From NCBI GenBank assembly GCA_037305845.1, contig CP147778.1, positions 2,432,001 to 2,496,000 on the forward strand: DNA of 64,000 nt. Direction: 5' to 3'. The DNA comes from Candidatus Freyarchaeum deiterrae (GTDB taxonomy: Archaea > Asgardarchaeota > Jordiarchaeia > Jordiarchaeales > Jordiarchaeaceae). This document shows positions 20,121-28,389 of this stretch, piece by piece (position 1 is the first letter of the stretch; each line of letters begins with the position of its first letter). The position numbers and the translations under genes are program-made. The notes below the pieces were generated by a model. The model saw only the letters and a list, made by a program, of their open reading frames with translations. It made no database searches and was not told the DNA's origin.

Positions 20121-21395
20121 TTATATTAGTACTAGTAGCCATAGCATTAGGTAGTAGCTTGCTTGCCATCCGAGTAGGTCGAAGTAGAATACTACTTCTA
20201 GTGCTATTATGTTTAGGAATGCTAGTGGGATTAGGTATTTCCATGAGCCTTTGACTACTTGGTCTATTCTGAATCTTGCGAATAGTGTTCTGAGGTTTGC
20301 TATTACGAATATTATTGCGAAGACTTTTACTAGGAACCATCCGGTGCCGATGAGGTAGCCCCAGGGGAATGCTCCCATTAGTCGGTCTAGTTGTGATAGT
20401 CCGATTTGGCTTCCTGGGCCCCAGGGTCCGCCTAGGAATAGTGCTGCTGCTAGTCCTGCGCCCCATACGTATTCGAGGTCGGCTGATAGTCGGAATATTG
20501 CTAGTTTTCTTCCGGATATTTCGGTTTGCCATCCGGCTACTATTTCTGTGTGGGCTTCTGGTATGTCGAAGGGTACTTTTTCCATTTCGGCCATTAGTGA
20601 AATTATGAATACTGCGAATGAAACGGGTGCTAGTAGTATGAATGGTATGCCTAAGGTTGATTGGAGTTGGGTGATGTTTGCTACTGTTAAAACCGAGAGA
20701 CCTGATGCTGGAATTACTGTTGATAGTGTTGCTAGTGCTGATGGGTAGTGTAGTCCTAGAGAGAGCATGATGTTGTTGACCTGTATTGGTCCGGAGTAGT
20801 AGTATCCTAATATGATTGCTGGGGTTATGGCTGATAATACGAAGGGTATTTCGTAGGCTATGAGTTGCATGCCGGCTCTGGCTGTTCCCACTTCGGCGAA
20901 CCTGTTGGTTGAGAACCAGCCGGTAAGGATTACTGTTAGGGCGAATATTGTGGAGAGGAACAATAGTGCTATGAGGTCTCCTTCGAAGCTTATTACGCCG
21001 CTGTTTGTGTATATTGGGATGAACATTAGCATGACTAGGCCTAGTGTCATTGCTATGATTGGGGTTGCGGCTAGGCTTCGTGCTTCCGCGCCGCTCTGTA
21101 CTACGTCTTCTTTGGCTAGTAGTTTGACGAGGTCGGCTACTGGTTGTAGTACTCCGTGGTATCCGGTGTGGAAGGGTCCAACCCGGTTCTGTAGTCGGGC
21201 GTAGAGTTTTCGGTCGTACCATTCCGCAAAGAGTGATACGCCTATTACGAATAGGATGCCTGGAAATATGATTATTTTAAAGAGATCTAGCAATGGGTTG
21301 CTCTGTTGCTGAAGTAGGTATTGAAAGGCTAGGTTGGGGTAGCCATATTTTATGTATAAGTAGAGTTGAATGTACAATTGTAAGTTAACGGCCAT
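20121..21395 (-). CDS. NuoH/complex I subunit 1-like membrane subunit
   Basis: 'DRKLYARLQNRVGP', 'LQPVADLVKLLAKE', 'PFDIPEAHTEIVAG'. Confidence 0.92.
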   Translation of the reverse strand: MAVNLQLYIQLYLYIKYGYPNLAFQYLLQQQSNPLLDLFKIIIFPGILFVIGVSLFAEWYDRKLYARLQNRVGPFHTGYHGVLQPVADLVKLLAKEDVVQSGAEARSLAATPIIAMTLGLVMLMFIPIYTNSGVISFEGDLIALLFLSTIFALTVILTGWFSTNRFAEVGTARAGMQLIAYEIPFVLSAITPAIILGYYYSGPIQVNNIMLSLGLHYPSALATLSTVIPASGLSVLTVANITQLQSTLGIPFILLAPVSFAVFIISLMAEMEKVPFDIPEAHTEIVAGWQTEISGRKLAIFRLSADLEYVWGAGLAAALFLGGPWGPGSQIGLSQLDRLMGAFPWGYLIGTGWFLVKVFAIIFVIANLRTLFARFRIDQVVKGSWKYLIPLAFLNIIALEVVFYFDLLGWQASYYLMLWLLVLI

Positions 21396-21398
21396 TTT

Positions 21399-22577
21399 TT
21401 ACCACCTTTTCTTTTCGTAAAATTCAATACCATATTTTCTTAGGCTTTCTATGTCCATTGTCCAAGTTTTTTCTTTTTCTGTGTTGACGAATGTTACTCG
21501 GTCGGTGCAGCTTAAGCACGGGTCTATGGCTGCGATGACTATTGGTACGTCTGCGATGTAGCCTCCCTTCAGCATATATAATACTGAGGGCCAGTTTGCG
21601 AGTGACGGTGTTCGTATTTTTACTCTTTCGGGTTTGTCTGATCCGTTAGCTTTGATGTAGTAGATGAGTTCACCACGGGGGGCCTCGTATCTGCTTACCA
21701 CTTCTCCCTCTGGTACACGCCTTTTTAGTTTGAGTCGGATGTCGTCCTTTGGGAGATGGTCTAGCATCCATTCTACCATGTTGCACGACTGTAGTGTTTC
21801 CAGAATGCGTACCGCTACTCTTCCGAACACATCGCAGGAGTCCCAGGTAATTACGTCGAAGGGTACTTCAGCGTAGGCGGCGTTTGGGTCGTCTTTGCGG
21901 CCGTCCATGTTGATTCCTGAGGCTCTTAGAGTGGGTCCTACTGCTCCCAGTTTTCGTCCCACTTCTGGTGGGAGTACTCCTACGCCTTGAGCTCTTTTCA
22001 GAATGGTGGGCTCGTTGACGCAGAGCTTGAGGTAATAGTTCATTCTTTCCTTCAAGTATTCCATGTCTTTCTTGATTGCTGGGATTTTATCCTTGCTTAT
22101 GTCTCTTCGGACTCCTCCAATCGTGTTCATGGCGTAGTTTACTCTGTTTCCCGAAATCAGTTCAAGATCGTTCATGACGATTTCACGGTCTCTCCAGGTG
22201 TAGTTGAAGAGGGTGTCGAATCCTATTTCATGTCCTGCTACACCGAGCCATAGCATGTGTGAGTGAATTCTCTCTAACTCGCATACAATGGTTCTTATGT
22301 AGAGCCCCCTTCGGGGCACTTCTTCGTCGAGTAACTCTTCCACTCCTTGGGTGAATGTTGTTGTGTGAGAGTGAGAACAAATACCGCAAACTCTCTCGAA
22401 GAAGTATATGTCTCGAACGTAGGGCCTTAATTCGCCTGATTTTTCCATTCCTCGGTGATTGTATCCTAACCTAATCTGGGCATCCACAACCTGTTCTCCA
22501 TCAACTTCAATGGTGAAGTTTACCGGTTCCTTCAGGGCTGGATGCTGAGGTCCTATTGGTATTTTAACGGTCGTCAT
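21399..22577 (-). CDS. Group 4 [NiFe]-hydrogenase large subunit
   Basis: GPQHP, L1 'ERVCGICSHSH', 'EAPRGE' and L2 'DPCLSCTDR', followed by a 32-aa C-terminal extension. Confidence 0.92.
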   Translation of the reverse strand: MTTVKIPIGPQHPALKEPVNFTIEVDGEQVVDAQIRLGYNHRGMEKSGELRPYVRDIYFFERVCGICSHSHTTTFTQGVEELLDEEVPRRGLYIRTIVCELERIHSHMLWLGVAGHEIGFDTLFNYTWRDREIVMNDLELISGNRVNYAMNTIGGVRRDISKDKIPAIKKDMEYLKERMNYYLKLCVNEPTILKRAQGVGVLPPEVGRKLGAVGPTLRASGINMDGRKDDPNAAYAEVPFDVITWDSCDVFGRVAVRILETLQSCNMVEWMLDHLPKDDIRLKLKRRVPEGEVVSRYEAPRGELIYYIKANGSDKPERVKIRTPSLANWPSVLYMLKGGYIADVPIVIAAIDPCLSCTDRVTFVNTEKEKTWTMDIESLRKYGIEFYEKKRW

Positions 22578-22580
22578 TTT

Positions 22581-23093
22581 TTATTCAACTCCTTCTGGCA
22601 GCCAATCTTTGCGCAGAGGATACACTCCCTCTGGAAAGTCATCCGGCAGGATGAAGCGTTCCAGATTAGGATGATTCTCAAAAACTACTCCGAGAAGGTC
22701 GTGTATTTCCCTCTCGTAAAAAGTGGCTGCGGGTAGTATATCTACAATTGTTTCAATTTTGGGATTTTTCTTAGGAACTTCTGTTCTGACAGAGGGGTTT
22801 GTGCGGTATCCTTGATGCTTGTACAGGTGATATATGACTTCCAATGTTTCTCCCTTGTCAACGCCGGTTATTGTGGACAGGTGTTGTAAGTCCCAGTTGT
22901 CTTTCATCCACTGGATTACCTTTCTGTGGTCTCCGGGCTTTACTCTGATGAACATTCTTTTCGGTCTCGGAATCCATATCTCGACGGCTTTTCCGAACAC
23001 TTTTTCTAGCTCAGCCTTCATTTTTTCCTCCTCTTTTGCGGGAGGTTTTACTTTAGGCTTTGCTTCTTTCTTTTCTTCTCCTTCTTCTGACAT
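22581..23093 (-). CDS. NuoC-like subunit
   Basis: 'FYEREIHDLLGVVFENHP..RFILP..YPLRKDW'. Confidence 0.92.
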   Translation of the reverse strand: MSEEGEEKKEAKPKVKPPAKEEEKMKAELEKVFGKAVEIWIPRPKRMFIRVKPGDHRKVIQWMKDNWDLQHLSTITGVDKGETLEVIYHLYKHQGYRTNPSVRTEVPKKNPKIETIVDILPAATFYEREIHDLLGVVFENHPNLERFILPDDFPEGVYPLRKDWLPEGVE

Positions 23094-23098
23094 CTGTT

Positions 23099-23533
23099 TT
23101 ATCCTCCCTTTAGTTTTCCCAGTAGTTTTGCAACTGCGTCAATTATCGCTTCGGGTTTGGGAGGGCATCCGGGTACGTACATGTTAACTGGAATTATTTT
23201 GTCGTATCCTCCCTCGATGTTGTAGCATCCTTGGAAAACGCCTCCAGTTATGGCACAGTTTCCGACGGCGATGCAGAATTTTGGTTCCGCCATTTGCTCG
23301 TAGAGGCGTTTGAATCTGGGTGTCATCTGTTTGGTTATTGAGCCTGTGCCTACCATCACGTCTGCGTGTCTCGGTGAACCTACTAGGAGTATGCCGAAGC
23401 GTTCTATGTCGTATTTCGGCATTAGGGCGGCGAGAACTTCTATGTCGCAACCGTTGCATGCCCCAGTGTTCATGTGAAAAACCCAAGGGGATTTTACCCT
23501 TGACCAAGTTACAAGTCTATCTTTAAGTCCCAA
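23099..23533 (-). CDS. Hydrogenase small subunit (NuoB-like)
   Basis: GACNGCDIE, SPRHAD, GNCA..GG, PGCPPKPE. Confidence 0.93.
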   Translation of the reverse strand: MGLKDRLVTWSRVKSPWVFHMNTGACNGCDIEVLAALMPKYDIERFGILLVGSPRHADVMVGTGSITKQMTPRFKRLYEQMAEPKFCIAVGNCAITGGVFQGCYNIEGGYDKIIPVNMYVPGCPPKPEAIIDAVAKLLGKLKGG

Positions 23534-23550
23534 TTATTACACCACCTTAA

Positions 23551-23868
23551 CTATTTCCGGTATAAGACCAATACTGCTGCTATTGTAGCAAAGGCCACGA
23601 ATACTCCACCATAGAGTGGATTCGAGAAGGCAGAGGTGAATATCACAAAACCCGCCGTTTCAAGTATTGTGAAGAAAACCGCATAGTAGAACAATTGCAG
23701 TCTGAATTGGAATTTCTCTGCGGGGTATTTCTCTCCACAAGCGTAAGCCATCATTTTTTCCTTGCTTTTCTTTCCTTTAGGTGCCAAATATCTTGAGGAA
23801 GCGTATAACGCGCAGGCACCAATAAAACTGATTAATATTGCTAATCCAAATGTGGCAATATCGGGCAA
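23551..23868 (-). CDS. NuoA-like membrane subunit
   Basis: 'K..AYACGE', 'FYYAVFFTILE'; 3 TM. Confidence 0.85.
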   Translation of the reverse strand: MPDIATFGLAILISFIGACALYASSRYLAPKGKKSKEKMMAYACGEKYPAEKFQFRLQLFYYAVFFTILETAGFVIFTSAFSNPLYGGVFVAFATIAAVLVLYRK

Positions 23869-24196
23869 TGTCTGTTTGCACCTCCAACTCTAAAGTAATA
23901 GCGATTAGATACCTTTACCTATTTAAGTTTCACTCTTACAGATATTTTATCAGATTAAAAGGTTTTCCTCGGCTCTTTCCGTTTTTTTAAAGTTTTTCTT
24001 CACAGTTTTTTACGTTTTTCGGAATTCTTTTTCCTACGTTCCAGAATTCGAATATATTTTAAATAGGTTTGGCAAAAATTTTCCAATTGGATAATAATAG
24101 TTCATAAAAAACATTTTTTATTGGGAGTAAAAACGCAAGGTTTTTTTAAACGAAAGAATATTATATTCAAAATCACAGATATTTCTGTCTGATTAG

Positions 24197-24649
24197 GTGT
24201 TGGGTATGGAGGTAACGTTTAAGTTAGAAGGTGAGAGCGTCACCGTAAAACTTCCTGAAAACTTGTACTATAACAATGATCACTGCTGGGTGAAGGCAGA
24301 AAACGGAAAAGCAAGAATCGGATTCGACGACTTCGGCCAAGCAACAGCTGGGAAAATCCTTTTCGCAAGACTTAAACCCGAGGGGAAGCCCATTGAGGTG
24401 GATAAGAGCTTCGGTTCAATAGAAACCGGAAAATGGGTAGGACCACTAAAAGCTCCAATCAGTGGCACTATACTAGAAGTCAATCCTGAACTAAAAAAGA
24501 AGCCCACCATTATCAACGAGGATCCCTATGGAAAAGGATGGTTAGTAGTTGTACAACCAACAAATCTAAAACCAGAATTATCCAAACTTGTCACCGGTGC
24601 CGCTATCAAAAGTTGGATAGACAAAGAAATAAAAGAAAGAATAAAATAA
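24197..24649 (+). CDS. Lipoyl-carrier protein, GcvH/LbpA family (ATG at 24206 also possible)
   Basis: 'HCWVK..ARIG.DD', lipoyl-Lys motif 'GSIETGKWVGPLKAP', 'NEDPYGKGWL'. Confidence 0.88.
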   Translation: MLGMEVTFKLEGESVTVKLPENLYYNNDHCWVKAENGKARIGFDDFGQATAGKILFARLKPEGKPIEVDKSFGSIETGKWVGPLKAPISGTILEVNPELKKKPTIINEDPYGKGWLVVVQPTNLKPELSKLVTGAAIKSWIDKEIKERIK

Positions 24650-24683
24650 ACCAACATTTCACTCTTTTTTTAATTTTTGAGGC

Positions 24684-25781
24684 TTGAAAGAATTGGAAGA
24701 ATGGCGACTCTTAGACTTGGACGCCTTACCCGCAACAGACACTCAAACCATATACGAGGCTGTCGCATCAGCCAGAAGCAAGAACCTTGTTCCCGAAACT
24801 CTCATACTCTGCTACCCCAAAAGTCCGCTAGTTTGTATAGGATATCACCAAGATTTAGAGAAGGAAGTAGATTACTCTTTTTGCCAGTCTCAGAGAATAC
24901 CAGTGGTTCGGAGAATCCTGGGTGGTGGAGCAGTGTACCTAGACCAGGGGCAACTCTTCTACCAAGTAATTATTGATAAGAAAAACCCCAAAGTTCCACT
25001 ATCAATAAATGATTTCTTTCGGAAGCTTCTAGAAGCACCCACAAAAACCTATCAGGAACTGGGTATCCCCGCGGTTTACAAGCCAATCAATGACATCGAA
25101 GTAGGCGGTAGAAAAATCAGCGGTAACGGTGCCGGCACTCTGGAAAATGTTGTAAACATAATGACTGGTAACATCATAATGGACTTCAACTTTGAAATGA
25201 TGGTGAAAATCCTAAAGGTTCCGAGTGAAAAATTCAGGGATAAAGTGGCGAAAAGCCTAGAGGAGCGAATGACCACCATAAAAAAGGAACTGGGACATGA
25301 GGTCCCCCTAGAAAAAATCAAATCGTTGCTCATAAAAAACTACGAGGAAACTCTAGATATAAAACTGCGAAAAGGAATGCTCAACGATTGGGAAAAGAAA
25401 ACCATGAGAGGCCTGAAAAAGAAATACCAATCCCAAGAATGGTTAAACATGGTATTTTTGCGTCATCCGGACCTAGCACGAAAAGTAAAAATTTCGAGCA
25501 TCGCATACGTTTCCGAATCCGCCTACAAAGCACCCGGAGGCCTAATCAGGGTCACCCTGAGGATAGATGAGGACAAAATAAAAGAAATAATGCTCAGTGG
25601 AGATTTCTTCATATATCCCGAGGACAAATTAAGCGAGCTAGAAAAAAGACTTACTGGGGTTCCCACCGATATAAGCGAAATAAATCAAGTTATCCAAACC
25701 TTTTACAAGGAAGAAAAAATAGAAACTCCCGGGGTAACCGCGCAGGACTTTCTAACAGCAATACGCCAAGCAACGGAGTGA
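24684..25781 (+). CDS. lplA: Lipoate-protein ligase (catalytic plus C-terminal accessory domain)
   Basis: 'VRRILGGGAVYLD', 'NDIEVGGRKISGNG', 'YKAPGGLIR..SGDFF'. Confidence 0.9.
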   Translation: MKELEEWRLLDLDALPATDTQTIYEAVASARSKNLVPETLILCYPKSPLVCIGYHQDLEKEVDYSFCQSQRIPVVRRILGGGAVYLDQGQLFYQVIIDKKNPKVPLSINDFFRKLLEAPTKTYQELGIPAVYKPINDIEVGGRKISGNGAGTLENVVNIMTGNIIMDFNFEMMVKILKVPSEKFRDKVAKSLEERMTTIKKELGHEVPLEKIKSLLIKNYEETLDIKLRKGMLNDWEKKTMRGLKKKYQSQEWLNMVFLRHPDLARKVKISSIAYVSESAYKAPGGLIRVTLRIDEDKIKEIMLSGDFFIYPEDKLSELEKRLTGVPTDISEINQVIQTFYKEEKIETPGVTAQDFLTAIRQATE

Positions 25782-25949
25782 AAAGTCAAGTTTTCTTTTT
25801 GAAAAAGAATACTCATTACTAAGAACCGTTTTTGAATTTCTGTTCAAAAATCAGACACATACAGTTCATAATTTTTTTAAATTTTGGTAATCTTTATTAT
25901 ACAGCGTTATCCTAATTGAACACTCAACCAAAAGTGGAGGTGTAAACGG

Positions 25950-27005
25950 CTGGAGAAGTATAGGTTAACTAAGGCAGTAACTCTTCATGGATGATCATGT
26001 AAACTACCTCAAACTGAACTGAATAACCTTCTAGAAAATGTCGGAGTGAGAAGAGACCCCTCAGGAAGACTAATTGGAGGAATCGGGGAAGACGCCGCCG
26101 TGGTCAAGATTCGGGATGATCTGGTACTCATAGAAACTGTTGATTACATGACCCCGAACGTTGATGATCCCTATATCCAGGGCAAGATTGCTGCGGTAAA
26201 CGTTACGAACGATGTGTATAGTGTAAATCTACTTGATTTACATGCATAAGCAATAGGCGCAACCGATGTTGTGAGCTTCTTAGCGATACTCGGAGTTCCT
26301 GAAAATATGCCTATTAAAATAGCTGAGGGAATGCTGAAGGGAATAAACGATTTACTAAGCGAACTGGGCACTACAACCATCACCGGCGGTCACACCATAA
26401 TAAATCCCTGGCCCTTAGTCGGAGGAGTGGCTTCAGGAATAGCTCATCCAGACCAGATAGTAACCCACAAGAATGCTCGACCCAACGATGTGGTGCTGCT
26501 TACTAAACCGCTGGGTACTCAGCCAGCGATGGCTTGTTATAGAGGACTCCTAGATCCCAGCGTCGCAGAGCAAATACTGGGATTAATGTCCAGAAAGGCA
26601 GCAGAAGAAATTGTTCAAAAGGGGATTGACATTATGACTAGGACAAATAAGCCGGTGGCTGAGGCGATGTCAGCTGTGAAACCTCATGCCTCTACAGATG
26701 TCACCGGATTCGGACTTCTCGGGCACTCTCGAAATTTAGCAGGTGAAAGCAAGGTTAACATTGACATTCACACAATTCCCATAATCAAAGGCACTTTGGA
26801 GCTTTCGGATCTTTTCGGATACGGACTTCAGTCTGGTGAGTCAGCGGAAACCGCGGGTGGAATGATTCTAATTGTTTCAGAAGACCAGAAGGAAAGCTTG
26901 GAATCAGAGTTGGACAAAGGTTCTGTTAATCACTACGAAATAGGTACCGTGAGGAAGGGGTCTGGAAAAGTTGATACCAGCAAGGCGGAAATACTTGAAG
27001 TTTGA
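25950..27005 (+). CDS. selD: Selenophosphate synthetase, selenoprotein, spliced: join(25950-26219, 26250-27005), 341 aa, Sec at codon 15 (TGA 25992-25994)
   Basis: From CTG 25950 (GGAGG at 25936-25940): EKYRLTKAVTLHG-U-SCKLP...GEDAAV...ETVDY...DPYIQGKIAAVNVTNDVY|AIGA...GGHT...LTKPLGT...TDVTGFGLLGH...ETAGG. The ORF track splits this into 26046-26249 and 26271-27005. Confidence 0.93.
26220..26249 (+). other. 30-nt BHB/BHL-type intron in selD
   Basis: GTGT-AT^A-gtgtaaatc-tactt-gatttacat-GCAT-AA^G. It ends in an in-frame TAA, and excision restores NDVYAIG (SelD 'SDxYAMG' motif). The outer exon helix is not well formed. Confidence 0.85.
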
Positions 27006-27008
27006 GCG

Positions 27009-27069
27009 GCAGTAATGATCTGAGGATTAAACCCTTATTTGGGAATCTAAAGAGAACATTCCATCCTGC
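27009..27069 (+). promoter_or_regulatory. SECIS element (eukaryote-like, AUGA/AAA/GA, with apical mini-stem) in selD 3'-UTR
   Basis: ATGA (27015-18), stem tct-ga-ggatt, AAA (27029-31), ccc-ttattt-ggg, aatct-aa-aga, GA (27054-55). Flanking gcag/ctgc can pair. It starts about 10 nt after the selD stop. Confidence 0.8.
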
Positions 27070-27353
27070 AAGGGTGGTGCCGCTACTCCAATCAATTTAC
27101 TTATACGAAAATTGTTTTTACTTTACTTTGAGAATATTTTCTTTAATCAAGCTTTATTCGTTATCTTTTAACAAATTTATGTTGATGCATCTACTAAATT
27201 GGGCTTATACAGCTTCTTTTAGCTCACAGTTGCCCCTTAAAGACTTTTTTCGGCGTTTTTTGGCACGTAAGAGTTAAATATAACATCACATCCAAGCTAC
27301 TGCGTTTAAAATAAATAAAAAAAATAGTGAGTGATAAAATAGAGGCGACTTGA

Positions 27354-27608
27354 ATGATTGACCCAACGATTATTCACGTGGCTCTCTTAGCGCTAGTCAT
27401 ATTCTTCGGCGTACTTGCTGTGGAACTTAAAAGACTTGATCACGCAGTAATAGCTTTTGCATCAATGAACGTTGTCTTAGGGGTTCTATTCTACCTACTC
27501 TACGCACCTTGGGTAGCAGTGTTTCAGTGGCTAATCTACGGAGGAGCAATAGTAGTTCTCCTACTAGTTACAGTAAGCCTCACAAGACAAGCACGTGAGA
27601 GTGAGTAA
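27354..27608 (+). CDS. NuoJ N-terminal-like / MbhD-like small membrane subunit
   Basis: 'L.HAVIAF...LLYAPWVAVFQWLIYGGAIVVL'. Confidence 0.8.
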   Translation: MIDPTIIHVALLALVIFFGVLAVELKRLDHAVIAFASMNVVLGVLFYLLYAPWVAVFQWLIYGGAIVVLLLVTVSLTRQARESE

Positions 27609-27610
27609 AA

Positions 27611-27949
27611 ATGAACAGAGAAACATTAATAAAAGCCACAAGAATAGCAATCGGCATAATTCTCGCAGCATTCGTCATAGTTATAGTACTTAAAGTATTC
27701 GTGGCATCTCCCTCTGCCTTTTATCCCTTCTACTTGACGCTTTTCAACCCAATGAACAACGCTACATTAACACAAGCTCCAGTTTGGCAAATAGCCTTCT
27801 ATGAAGGCAACTACCTATGGTCAAACAGAGTCATTGACACAATGTCTCTAGCTGTGGTATTTGTCGCCACAGGTCTCGGAGCAGCAATACTTCTTCGAGC
27901 AGAACCTGAAGAAAAAGAAACAGAAGAAGAAAAAGGAGCTGAACACTAA
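27611..27949 (+). CDS. Small membrane subunit (NuoJ C-terminal / MbhE-like)
   Basis: 2 TM with 'LW.NR.IDT' motif; lies within the operon. Confidence 0.7.
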   Translation: MNRETLIKATRIAIGIILAAFVIVIVLKVFVASPSAFYPFYLTLFNPMNNATLTQAPVWQIAFYEGNYLWSNRVIDTMSLAVVFVATGLGAAILLRAEPEEKETEEEKGAEH

Positions 27950-28380
27950 TGGCATTACCAGTATCCCCAGTATTATATCTGGCAACCGCGGCGATTCTCT
28001 ACGGAATCGGACTTTATGCAGTCGCGACCAAGAGAAACGTCATAAAAATTGTAATCGGTATCGAAGTCCTAGTTGCAGCAGCTCACCTGAACTTCATAGC
28101 TTTCTCAGCATACCGATGGTTCACCCTGTGGACGCAGCAAATATACTCTGTTCTCCAACTTGGCGGAATAACTGATCCATATCTAACAATTGTTGGATCA
28201 TACATTATGACTGCGAACTTCTACACACCCCTATTCGTAGACCCGCTCGCACACGTTTTCGTCATAATATCCATCGTCATCGGTGGCTGCGTAGTAGCAA
28301 TAGCCTTGTCATTCATAGTGAATCTCTACAAGCACTACGGCACACTGGACTCACAACAAATGAGAAAACTCAGATGGTAG
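27949..28380 (+). CDS. NuoK/MrpC-like subunit
   Basis: 'GIGLY....KRNVIKIVIGIEVL...HLNF', 'LYKHYGTLD...LRW'. Confidence 0.88.
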   Translation: MALPVSPVLYLATAAILYGIGLYAVATKRNVIKIVIGIEVLVAAAHLNFIAFSAYRWFTLWTQQIYSVLQLGGITDPYLTIVGSYIMTANFYTPLFVDPLAHVFVIISIVIGGCVVAIALSFIVNLYKHYGTLDSQQMRKLRW

Positions 28381-28389
28381 AGGTGAAAA

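Noticed and set aside
20107-21222. 371-aa alternative-frame ORF within the nuoH-like gene
   Set aside because: A Ser/Thr/Arg/Asn-rich shadow frame caused by skewed codon usage.
21399-22577. [NiFeSe]-hydrogenase because of the nearby selD
   Set aside because: The L2 motif DPCLSC is encoded by Cys codons; there is no in-frame TGA.
26221-26248. Alternative BHB register for the selD intron (helix TGTA/TGCA, bulges TAG and TAA; 28-nt excision)
   Set aside because: It would leave a frameshift. The 30-nt register fits the geometry, matches the TAY^/AA^ pattern of the other two introns and restores the VYAIG motif.
27002-27277. 91-aa ORF overlapping the selD stop
   Set aside because: It spans the SECIS and AT-rich intergenic/promoter DNA and has no protein-like features.
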